Shown here: piece after piece, positions 51,232-63,100 of the stretch
Numbering within the stretch: position 1 is the stretch's first letter
Layout: each line of letters starts with the position of its first letter
Origin: Gonapodya sp. JEL0774
Taxonomy: Eukaryota
NCBI GenBank assembly: GCA_027604505.1
Contig: JADIIX010000001.1
Span: 124,001-188,000 of the forward strand
DNA length: 64,000 bases
Direction of reading: 5' to 3'
Notes under the pieces: generated by a model
The model's input: the letters and a program-made list of their open reading frames with translations, nothing else
Told to the model about the DNA's origin: nothing
The model's database searches: none
Made by a program: the position numbers and the translations under genes

Positions 51232-54062
51232 TCATTTGCCAAGTACACATCCTTCAAATCCCTTCTCCTGCACTTCAAAACATTTCTTCCTGTAGTCCGG
51301 GAATCCAAGAAGGGGCACTAAGAGAACGTGGCGCGTGGGTTGCGTTGGCGTCAGGACACGGCAAGTGTCGCGATTGACTCACTGAACACCCTGGGTTTGC
51401 CCGGAACATTAGCTCCCAAATACCAGCTATTGCACCCTTTCATGAGTGTCATATCCGCAACCGCCTGAAAAAGCGAGTGTGTTGCATATTCATTGTACCG
51501 GTCTTGAACGTCACCAGCAACAGAAAGATCTCACATTTACGTGATTGACCCAAGCATTTTGAGCCTCCTCCGTTGCTTCAATCGTGACATAGTTTTGTTT
51601 GTCAAGCATTGTGATCGTATCAGCGATCCACTGGGACCAGAACGAGACCCGTTAATAATCAATCAGCATTTTACTGAACGAAAGCGTGCCACAAACCTCG
51701 ACATGTTGCTCGATAGCGACAATCATATTTGTCAACACCGATGGGCTTCCAGGTCCGGCAACTGAAGGCGAAAATCACGATGTTGCATTATAAGCGCGCA
51801 GAAACATGATGGTACTCCGTAGGGAAACTCACTGTGGTACACTATTGCACAAACAAACTCGCTATCAGACCGGTGACTATGGTCTTCGAACGCAAGATGA
51901 CTTACTGTTGGGGAATCCGTGGATCAACAGTCCCAAATATTGTACCGGCCCAGCGGACCAGGCGTCCTTGAGAGTGATTCCCTGACGGCCAGTGATTTGA
52001 ATCTTGTCGAGAGCACCAGTCATCGCATCTTGAGATTAAATAAAAAGCTTTGCAGTGACACCTGTGAAGTGTTTCTTAAGACCGTAACTCACCGAAGCCC
52101 GTTGCGCAAACAATGATGTCAAATGGACCGTACGAGCTGCCGTCTTCCAGTTCGATCATTTTGTTTTTACCACCAACAGTGCGAATCGGACGTTCCTTCA
52201 AGCCAGCAACGAGCTTCACGTTGGGACGGTTGTAAGTGGCCCAGTAGCTGGAAAAAATCGTGTGATAAATAACAACCAAAAATTATATGCACACGTCTTT
52301 GAAAAGCGCTTCCGAACTTACTTCGTGTCCGCGCTGTGCACGAATGTTTCGAGTGACGCGATATTAAGAGCTTTTCAAGTGCATTTAAGATGGCAAAGGA
52401 GTTTCTTACCAAATGCGCTTGCAACCTGGCGGATAGTCGGGACAAAGATCTTGTGCTGTCTTCGGATCCTTGACGATTTCCTTGATCTCTGCATCAGATA
52501 GATCAACACATATACCATGGAGTGGGTCGAAAAGAGAAGAAGAAGACTCACTTTTGTGGATGAACGCTTTTGCACGGTCAGAGGTCTCCGGAGTAATGAG
52601 AAAATCAGGGAATGTAACTGGAACGTTACACAAAGATGTTAGGAGGAAGTGCTGATCGACGCGAGAGATGCGTACCATAGAAATTCAATCCTCCCTCCAG
52701 CCACAATTTCTCAAATCGCTCCTCGATTGCTGCATCGTCTCCATAATCCTTCATGAAAACGTCGATCGGGGTTGCGAGGCCATTTGTCAAGGGTGACTCG
52801 TGTTCCTTGCGAAGGAGCTCTTCCATATTGGCACGAGCTTCGGCGATCTCCTGTGCGGTTACTTTTCGGTTACGGGCGGGGATTGTGTCTGTTTGTTGCG
52901 GTTTTGCATCACCTCTGAATCAACTTGAACCACAAAATGCCATTCCGAACTCACAACATGGCGTCCTTTGGAAGACAGTCAAGGAACCGGCCGTTTCGGC
53001 AATAACCGGAACTGTAAATGGATGGTCGTGAATAAGCTTGCGATAAATCGCAAGGCGGAACTGAAGTATTCACCAGATTGAACAGAAGACGATCCCGTCC
53101 CGATCACGGCCACGCTTTTACCTGTGAAGTCCACGCCCTCTCTCGGCCTTAAGTTTGAATTTGATTGTTTGAAATGATTGCACGAAGAAAGTATGCCAAG
53201 AGGATGGTTCTCACCAGGTTTGAGTGTAGTAAACATTCCCACCTGCCTCCACATAGTCCTCAAGTCCGGCAAATTTGGGTTTCTGTCACGGTTTATCATT
53301 AGTTTCTTGGATATGTCGACTAACCCCCGGTAAAGCAACTCACGTTTGGTGCGGACAAACACCCTGACGCCAAAACAAGGTGTCTTCCTTTCCACTCCTC
53401 CGTGGTTGTTCCTCCGTCATCATTTGTTTTGCGCACATTCACCGTCCAACGTTTTCCATCGTCGTCCCAACTTGCTGATTCAACACGGCTGTTGAACTGA
53501 ATGAGAGGTGCGAGATTGTATCTGGCCACCAGATGATTCACATAGTTCTAAATTCAACCGAAAAATGCTCAGCAAATTCTAGCGCATAAACATACGGAGG
53601 AACGAGAGCTCACCATGAGCTCTGGTTGGGGAGCAAACTGTTCACTCCAGTTCCATTCTTGGTAGAGCCCCTTGTCAAACTTGAAAGAGTATTCTCGCGA
53701 ACAAATGTCTACCCGCGCTCCTGGGTACCGATTCCAATTCCAAGTCTGTAGAGGTACATTTAGCGAATAGGAGCGGCTCCGAGTATTTGCACTTCCCAAA
53801 TTCACTTACACCTCCAGGTTGGTCAGAAGCTTCAAAGGCGCGTGTCTTGTATCCTAGCTTGTTGTGGAGAAGATGACTTTGATACAAACCTGAGGAATTC
53901 GTGAGTTGGTTCGGTTGGGACCATATGATGCGGTTTTAACATACCAGCGAAACCAGCTCCAACGATCAACGCATCATAAACTATGAAGGCAAAAGATAAG
54001 AGGTAAGTTTAGCGGGTATCCCTTGTTGGCGCGACACCGGACGCACCCTCGTCAATGGTCAT
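51232..54062 (-). CDS. Baeyer-Villiger monooxygenase (PAMO/CHMO-like class B flavoprotein), about 18 exons
   Basis: ALIVGAGFAG, GG|TWNWNRYPGARVD, VAVIGTGSS, IIVCATGF, GFPN-MYH-IAGPGSPS and NSWYLGANVPGKPR. Confidence 0.92.
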
Positions 54063-54630
54063 CCTGGATGGGGAGTGTGGGAGACACGTGAAGCTTCTGT
54101 GATGTAGTTAGCTGTCTGAAGTTTGAGGCGGATATCACTGTTGATAGCGCCGGGGGATCTATAATTATTCTCTTGACTTCTCGCAAGATTCCTTGTGAAA
54201 TGGTTTACATATGCAGTCGGCATTCGGCAGAGACCTGCCGATTCCATCCAGGCAAACGAAGGTGTGGGACAAGAACCCTTACACCCCTCTCCGATCTCGT
54301 TTCGAATTGTCGCCATTGGGTGTCATCCCTTTTACAATTTTCGACTCCCCTACATATGAGTTTTTGCGGCTACATCCTGGTGGCTAATGCTGATGGTTGC
54401 CTTCATTTTGTTGGCTGGTTAATCGCAACGTCAAATCGCGAAAGGGAAGAACAGGACAGGAGCCGGGGGAATGTGCTAGCAATTCACTACTTTTAGTCAT
54501 CAGTTTGATAAGAGTACGTGCACCTCATTTCCGTGTCTATATTTGGATCGTTTCAGTACATGTAGTGGATGCCATTCTCTGAATAAATCAATATGGAAAC
54601 ATGGTGAAATGCTACGCTATCAGATAATTG

Positions 54631-56956
54631 TTAGTCCTTTGATTTTTTCCCTTTCTTCCCTCTTCCGGAGCCGACTGGAGGAACCCCCTTTGCAGCACTC
54701 TTCGTGCTGAACGGAGGAGGCCGCGCTCCCGTTTGGCCACTGGTTTGCCCGGACGCCGCAGATTCTGCTGGGGACCCAAGTGGGACATCATCCGAACGAG
54801 TCTTCCGTTGACGAGGTCCCTGCATTTCAGAAGAATCCTTCTCACGTTCAAAGCCTTTCGCTGTTTGCGTTGGCTGCGGGGAGCGCTTTTGGGATGGAAC
54901 ACGGTCCGTCTCGAAAGTCATCCATTGCTGGATCAACCAGACAAACACCCAGTTTCCAAGCGTGTAACCAAGTGCGAAGTTGTGACCAGGGTCAAGTAAA
55001 ATACCTCGATAACTGCCTGGGAGCAAACAGGGCTGTTGGCAAACTAGTACACTCAAGCGATATTGACATGCTCAAGACTTACCGAATATGGTCGTGCTTG
55101 CTGCCACCAAGGTTGGAACTTCATTCATTGCGAGCAACAAGTATGTCACTGCGAGGAAGGGTACATGTGGGAAGAACCCTGGGTCCGCCTCGGGAACTGC
55201 GACGGAGGGGAAGTTTTAGAGAAAATGAGCGATTTGAAACAAAAGCCCTCAATTACTTACTCATATCGGCGGGGAGGATACCTGGAAGGAAGATGCGCGC
55301 GAATCGATTAATGCTGGGAGCAACCAAGAGGGACCCATATGGATACGCTGATGGATGTAAATGTTCTCATGACTGAAGTTTGCATCCAAGATTTTTAAAT
55401 TTAGTCTCACCGCACAGAGGGTGAAGAACGATTTTCCAGAACACAGGAAGATCAGGGTTCGTTGAGTAGTAGTAGCCTGCAATGAGACATCGGGTTGGTC
55501 GATTACCGGAAACTCACCAACAAGTATCACGTACCGAGAGCACATGAGGTGATAAATATTCCAAAAAATTCAGTAAAGCTTTCTCGAGCGGTCTTACTGG
55601 CACGGTCTAGTTCCTCTAGTAGCCAAAATAAAAAAGGGAGGGGGGGGGGGGGGGGGGGGTGGATGGCGCGACAGGGATATATGCCAACAAAAAACAAGAG
55701 GCAAGACTGGCTGCTACTGGTTTCACCTTGGGCCTTTGGGCCGAGCAACGAGTGAAGAACATGCCTCCCGAAACCACCGAAGGCGAGGAGCGCATAAGCC
55801 GTGGCGACAAACACCCACACGCCGATGGTGGATCCGATCAGATGACCGTGCGCGGGATGCAGAATGCCCTGGTAGCTGGCACCAAACACGCTCTCTGCTA
55901 CGGCAGAGAGAGCAGGAATCTCCGAGATTGCGAGAAGGGCATACGTTGTGAGTAGTACAGGAAGAGGGGGTATCAAAGATGGGTCGCTTTGGACTTCAAA
56001 GTAATCAAAACAGTTTCGTGGGAAAACGCGAAAGGAGTGAGAGTGACAACAAAAGAACGTACTCATCCCGAGAGGCAAGATGTCCGAAAAGAATATTCGC
56101 GTGACACGATTGGCGAGCGGGGTGATAATGAGGGAACCATATGGGAATGCTTAACCAGTGAGAACTTGTCATCAAAAGTTCCAGTTGGCTGCGTGTATTG
56201 GACTACAAAGCAAAACCTCAGCTCACCGCAGAGTGGGGATAGAACAATTCGCCAGAATAAATTGAGGGACGAATGGTGATATGAATAGTAAACTAACGCA
56301 GAAAGAGTTGTTTCCGCGTTCACTTGGAGAATACGAAGGAGAAGAACTCACTGAGTGCACATGTGGCAATGTAGCAACTTGTGAATTCGAGAAACAGTGC
56401 GGTCGCCATCCCACTTCCAGCACCCAGCGCAGCTATCGTCGAGTAGACGCAAATCGATGTGTGAGAGTCCTGTTTGCCTCACAGAGCTTGGCATCACAGC
56501 AACTCCTGTCTCACCCTCCACGTTTGGTCCGAGCAAGCGGGAGACCGCATTGGTTCCTGAATATTTTGTCGAAGATACCGTTCCACCGCTTGCCAGCGTT
56601 CGACCATCTTCTGATAACATGGTCGCGACCTCTTCCGACGTCTTTTCAATCACATTCGCCCAGAGCCGTTGCAAGGACTTCTGCTTTTCGATTAAGTATT
56701 GCAGCCGATTCCCTGTTCCAATTGAGACTTCTGAAATGCGGCTACTAGTGGAACCGGAAAAATCCTCAATGGCATCGAAGAGCGCATCGATATCCCTGGA
56801 AGTCGAGGCGAGTTGGGTCGTTAAGGAATAGAGAGAATGCCGTAACTGATCCGCCGGCTCAGAGAAAGATTGTTTCAGATCTGCTTCATCCCAAGAAGGA
56901 TGCGATTCATCTGTCATTGGGCCTGGAGGTGTCCGGTTTGCGTCTATCATCGACAT
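54631..56956 (-). CDS. Uncharacterised multi-pass membrane protein with an N-terminal coiled coil and two tandem intragenic repeats
   Basis: Ten in-frame GT-AG exons; two homologous hydrophobic units with matching intron positions (details in findings). Confidence 0.75.
55640..55659. repeat. G20 homopolymer (poly-C tract of a minus-strand intron)
   Basis: 20 consecutive G inside intron 55616-55726. Confidence 0.9.
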
Positions 56957-57153
56957 GACACCATGCACCGTAACCGGTAAGCAATAATTGTCAACCCGGA
57001 TCACGGACCGCAAAACGGTCCGATGTCTATTGCTTCCAATGATTTCATCGTATCATCAGTGATGAAACGAGTTAGGAAGCAACCTTACTTGGTTAGTATT
57101 CAGCGATGGAACGCAAGATCGCAATTGGGTGTGAAAGTTTCAGGCGCCAACAT

Positions 57154-57737
57154 TAGTGGGTTTCAAAGTTGACTGAAATTGAATTACAATGCGCCAATTC
57201 TCGGCGACTTAAAACTCGCAACAAACGAAAGAATGTAGAGATAATGTAATTTCAGTCAGCGGTGGTTTCAAAGTTCAGGGTTTCATATGATGTCCATTAT
57301 GGAATCTCTACACGCAACACAACCACACCGTGTGTGATGCCACGCAAATCTGAGAGAGCGGACGTATGCTCGAGAACGCTTTGATAGGCTCATCTCTGCC
57401 TCCTCTGCTTGAGACACCCGTTGTGGACAATCCGGACAAGACTTTCGAGCTATAGATCGCAGAACATGCAGGGAATATATGTGGACTTTGTAGCCTGCGC
57501 CTATGGGCTCGTTTCTGGCCACTATTTGCTCGTTGCTGTGTGCGGGCCATGATCGTTATTGTCATATATTTTGTCCGTTCAGACGATTCAAGCAAAATAA
57601 GTGGGAATAAGGAGCTCTTGGAGCTCCTTAAATCTTAAGTGCACATTATTTCTCTCAACTATTAGCTGGGAGACGGTTTTAAGTCGCCGAGAATGGACTC
57701 ATTATAGTTCGATTTCAGTCAACTTTGAAACCCACTA
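57154..57737. mobile_element. Non-autonomous TIR DNA transposon (MITE-like), ~580 bp
   Basis: 62-bp terminal inverted repeats at 57154-57215 and 57676-57737 (56/62 identical, outer 26 bp perfect). Candidate ATT or TA target duplication; no transposase. Confidence 0.85.
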
Positions 57738-57791
57738 TTAATTATTATTGAAAATTTGTGCGCATTATCTGGCGGGTTTCGGAAAACTCGA

Positions 57792-60001
57792 TCAATTCAA
57801 AAAAATCCGGGAAAAGAGTGTGAGAAAGAGAATTTCGAGCCATATGTGACGAAGCATCTTCCAGCTTTGCTGCTGATGTATTGCCTCTGTCTCCTGTAAA
57901 TTTATGGGTTCACTTCTTTTTGACTCCACTCCACCACACTTTTGCCAGAAATAGTCTCTTGATCAGCAATCTGCTCGGGATCTTTCATGTATGCGCAGAC
58001 AACTCACCGACGAACTGACGGGTATCTCACCCTGATGGCTCTTTCGTCCCGGTCCCCTCCGCCATGGTCGGTGCGATTAATATTCTCCCACAACTCCTCT
58101 TCTTGTACCTGCATCCGCAACGCCCTTGACCATTTGTGCCTCCTTGGAGGAAAGGTCGCCTGCTCGACCACATCCACACCGTCCACATCGAGCAGCAAAA
58201 GCACGAAATTGGAGAGCGCCTTTTGATAAAGATCGTGAAGAGTGTTGGGGTCTATTGATGAAGGATCGATAAATGGTAGGGAAGGTGACGGAGTTGAGAT
58301 TGCAGAGAGGACGGGAGATAAACCTTGAGAAGGCATCAGAGAAGAGATCTCGAATCGCGAGTGGTCCAAGTGAAATGGAAGATCAAATTCCGTTTCCGCT
58401 GATACTGCGACGGGCCTCTGAGGGGCTGAAGACACGCTAACTTGGGAAATGGTGTCGGAGTGCGTGGGAACGGGTGCTGCTCGGGGTTTCTCTTTCCGCG
58501 ACCCGTCTTCAATATGGGCGTCCTGTCGCTGTTCTCGCGTTGCACCCAGTCCCCCCAGTACTTCCACGAGCTTTCGTGTATTGCCAGCACTTTTCTCACG
58601 ACGAAGCCTGTTGTGTCCTGAAATAACAGGTGGCGTTCGTGCAGGCGCATAATCAAGGGCTTCTTCTATTCTCCCTGCCAAACTGATCCTCTGTGTCGCC
58701 AGGTTCATAGAAGAGGCAAGAGAACGTGACTCGGCCATAAGTTCCCGGGAGGGATCGCCAAGCGCGCTCTTGAGTGGAATCGTGAAGGGCTGGTGCTGAG
58801 TAATTGTTGGAGGTGAAGGATGTGTTGGACGTGTGAGTGGTGGAGCCAAGAATGGTCGTGGAGCAACGAAGTTGGTGGGTGACTCTGTCACAGCACGAAC
58901 TGCAGAGGCTCGACTTGGAGTAGTGGATACTCCATTGTTATCCATCGTGTCCAAGAATCTGGCGTGACACACATCACGTTATAATCACATAAAGGGACCA
59001 AATCGCACACCGATCTATCCGTAGGGACAAACCTCACTAGTTGCTCGCGACCTCGGCGCCCGGACTCTGTGCTATGAGGCCATGAGAACGAAGCTCGTCG
59101 CATTGGAGAAATTTGATACCACAGCCTCCGTCTAGATGCAATCCGAGTGTTTGAGACCATGTGATATGTGATTCGAGCTTGAGTCTTAAGAAACTAATGC
59201 TCCTATTGGGACTCGCACACCTCACCTTTCGGCTTCCCAGTCCACTCCGGACGAAATTCCAGTCAAATTGTTTGATGTTCCGTAGCTCATGGCTGTCTTC
59301 TGTAGCTCCTGAACAAGATCTGACTCAGGGGCAGGAATGGGGTGCAGTTGTCCTGAAAGACGGAACTGTGTAGACGTGAGGGGCAGGAACCTGAGAATAT
59401 GACATGAAAATAAGAAAATTTTCGCGAAGTGACAACCTTTCAATCACCAGCAAGCTTCTGCAAATCGGGATCCTTGTGCAGGCATTGAAAGGAAACCGGT
59501 TCAGTCGGCCACTTGCAAAGGCGACCCTGCTGTAGCACACGAACCATGGAGAAGATCTTCCACGCTTCCACTTCTAGCGTCCGTAACAAAAATCAGAAGT
59601 CCTCCTAGTCGTTGAGCGTCATCAGCGGAAAGAGCACCTCTTGACTCAAGATCGTCGCTGTTGAGAAAGAATCCACGGAACAGAACTGTCCTGTTTGCAG
59701 GTCTGCCAAAGCTCTTGACCGTGGCAAGCTGCACGTATACTGATAGACATTGAATTATTGATAAACGTCATCATGATGACAGCCCAAATCAACCGTGAAG
59801 CGTTCACCAAAGATACCCACAGCTTGCCGGATCATCTCTGTTACAATGCAAAGTTTCCTCAAGTTCGTTCCTCCAGCCAGGAAGATGTTTGATTGTCTCT
59901 TCGTTGTGCTTCTGAACGGATAACTCAGGTCTCGCTTTGGTGGTGATTTGTGTGCCAGGCGGACCAAGGAGAGATGACTCAAGAGGTGTTGGCGTTATCA
60001 T
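57792..60001 (-). CDS. Hypothetical multi-exon protein (large P/S-rich exon ~58008-58960; ends uncertain)
   Basis: 322-codon ORF flanked by splice signals, plus small upstream exons; no recognisable domain. Confidence 0.45.
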
Positions 60002-60161
60002 GATTTCCACGAATAGTGTGTGAATGTTCGATTATGTGAGTGTTTGATCGGGTGACAATCACGTGGGGACGAATGAGTCATGCTCCCCAACATTTTCTGG
60101 GTGTAATCTAATATGTACGTCTGGTACAAGTGCATCTATGTGACCGAAGTACTATGTATCG

Positions 60162-63100
60162 TTAGATAATCGACATGAAGATGTCCCTCATAATTTTGGG
60201 AATGTCCGACGTGTTCAAGGCCTGCATGTAGAGGTGAAAGAAGATGAAATGTCGCGAGACTCGAAAAGTGCCACCATTGATACACTCACTATGAAAGCCT
60301 TTCCAGCGGGCATCCGTTTTTGCAAGCTGAATACGGAAGTGGTATAGAGTCCTCATTGTGTTAAGATCTAATCTTGCAGCTATCTGAATGACTTACATTC
60401 TTGCTTCGTCTCCGAGGGTGCCAATAAAGAGGCACACGGCGTTGACTTTCTCGTTACTTGTCAAGATCTTACTCATGTCTTCAGGACGAATGCCGTACCG
60501 TCGCAAATTGGCATCGCTGAGCAAGACAACAATGTGATCGTCGGCATCCTCTGGCCAATCCAGAGCATGTGAGACTGTGTTCTCATCACGAAATAAGGAG
60601 AACCCACCTTTCGCGATGTCGCTGATTGCCTTCTGGGCTGCTTCGAGTGTGTTATCTCCTGAGAAGCAAAATTGAGAATGAGCCACCATCTGCTGGAGCA
60701 CTTTCAGACGGTCAATTTCGGTAGCAGGAGGTTTCTTGTCGGAAGTGAAGGGTATCGAGTCGGAGTCACCAGAGTGTCCAGAGATATCGTACTTATATTT
60801 TGCTTGAAGGGAATGCAGTGATTCCATCACCTGATTTTGGAGACGAGAATTGAACACAGCAAATCAGAGCCTGAGTTGTCGACAATGGTGTATGAAACAC
60901 TTTTCTGAATAACTACCATGAGAGCAGCTTCCAAAGTTCTGTTCAGACGACCATCCAAGCCATTGAAGCGATACATACTAGATACGAAAGGAACTTGATT
61001 ATGTACCCAAACAGAACGTTTCGAATGTGACACTCACCTTCCGGAGACATCGAAAACAAACTTAAGTCTCTTGGGCTTCTTCTGCTGCGCTCCATACTCG
61101 GGCTCAAGTTGTCCTCTGCGCTTGTACACTGCCCGGTCTCCTGTCAATCCATCAATAAGTTTGGAATCGTCCAGGTCACCATCCACTTGGTGCTTGAGCC
61201 AAACACGCTCCTTCTCCTTCGCTTGAACTCCTTCGAGAACAACACGCAGCTGCCGGATCTCGTGCTTCACATTATCGTAGAACTCCTTGTAAGTGCCAGC
61301 ATCGTATTCAGACATCTGAATCTCTTGTAGCCGCTTGCGAAGCCCTTCAGTGGCCATTTCCCGAGCTGCCCGTTTGACAGCTTCGGGAACCTTGCTCTTC
61401 TCTTCCTGTGCCGTAAACATCACGCTGGTAAAGAATGGATCACGAAGGGATCACCGTTTCACTACTTACGTCTGGCATCTGGAAGACATTGTGACCGAGG
61501 TCCAAACGGTATGGGCCACCCCGTCCACCAAGACCAGCTGTACTTGAACCACCAGTTCCCCCTTTCCATGTGTTTCCACCTACGTGGGGTTTCCCCTTCT
61601 TATCAACCTTGCCTTCTTTTGGTTCGGTGAGCTGAACGCGAGAACACAAGGAATTTGGTTCTGGAATCACCATATGCCAGCAACAATGGCAAGAAAGCAA
61701 CCCACATCCCGTGCCTTCCCTTCATATCGCATGAAAAGGCCTCGAGCTTTTCCTTTGCCCGCAGATTTTGTTCTGTTCACACTATCCAATCCAAGGGACT
61801 TGACCGGAACGCTGCGACAGCCCGAAACATCTTCCTCAGAATCGAGGATGGAGATGAAGAAAAGACATTCAGGCAGGCACTCACCCATGTTTGTTCAAAA
61901 TTTGGAGTAGAATCTCGTGGTATTCTTTTCTCATCACATCAAAATCGAATACGTTTCTCAAAACAAGATCCAGTGAGTCATCGGGGAATTGCTGTGAGAG
62001 AGCATCAAGAAGTTTGGCTTAGCGAACGCACAGATTAGCAGAGCAAACATGCGCTGTACTTGCCTGCAAGTGCCTGACTATGTTCATAAGTTCACGCAAA
62101 GAGTAGGGGTATGCCACCAGACCCTCGTCGAAGGCAACCCGCAAATCTCCAAAAGCCTCAACGAGTCGGCGCAGGACGGTTCTCGAAACACCGGGAGCCG
62201 CTTGCGATAACAGCGACAGCTCCGACTGCGGATCGGGATTGTCAACGGCGTGCCTAGGAGGTTAACATGTCGGTTCCCATTCGTTGCAAACAATCAACAG
62301 GGAGAAAAACCACATACGTGGACAGCACATCTCCGATCGCACCGTAGAAGTCGTTCCCGAGGAAAGGATAGCCCGGTCGATTCGCAAGGAGAATAAGTCG
62401 GAAGTCGGGATGCAGGATAATGTCACGTGCGTGTGTGCTGCCCGACACCTTCGCACTTGGAGGCCTTATTCGACGACCGTCGGTCAACGTCATTTCCCCA
62501 TTTTCAGCAAGTGACTTCAGAACCGCTGTGATATAGCTAATCGGATAAGCGGTCGTTAACAGCAGCAGTAGGAAACGTAACATTAACGGTTGACGACGTA
62601 CACTGGGGCTTTGTCGGCCTCATCAACAACCAGCACCCGCCCCATCTGAACCGCACGAACTAGGGGTGAATCCTTGTAGACAATGACCCCATTCTCTACT
62701 GTTGGTTGAACCATCAAAGATTGCACAGTCGTATCGCTGATGAGTGTTCGTTTTACGTTTGATCCAGATGAAGGCGATTTTCAATATTGAGTACGTGAGG
62801 AGGAATACGAAAGAGCAAGCTCACCGGTGAAGCTGAATGTACTCCCTTGGTCGGTTGATCAACTCCAAAAATCGGTCTGTTAGACGATTCTTACCAACGC
62901 CTTGATTTCCTATGAGGAGTAGGTGCTCGCCGAGGCCGAAGTCAAGGGCCATCTCTCTCATTACATATGTATGGAGTTCGTTGTCATAGAAGGTTGATGG
63001 CACGCGAGGAACAAGAGCGCTACCCTCTGGGTCCCGATCATTGACCCTGTAAACTGGGTGAGCAACGTCGCCAATGATTAGCGCTAGTTGACCATTGACG

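Noticed and set aside
54925..56432. Aquaporin or rhomboid identity for the two-repeat membrane protein
   Set aside because: No NPA boxes at the expected spacing and no GxSG catalytic motif; the resemblance is superficial.
16350..57150. GCGCCAA (E2F-like) words upstream of several genes (~16354, ~21319, ~57144)
   Set aside because: A 7-mer is expected several times by chance, and none is a full TTTSSCGC site in front of a cell-cycle gene.
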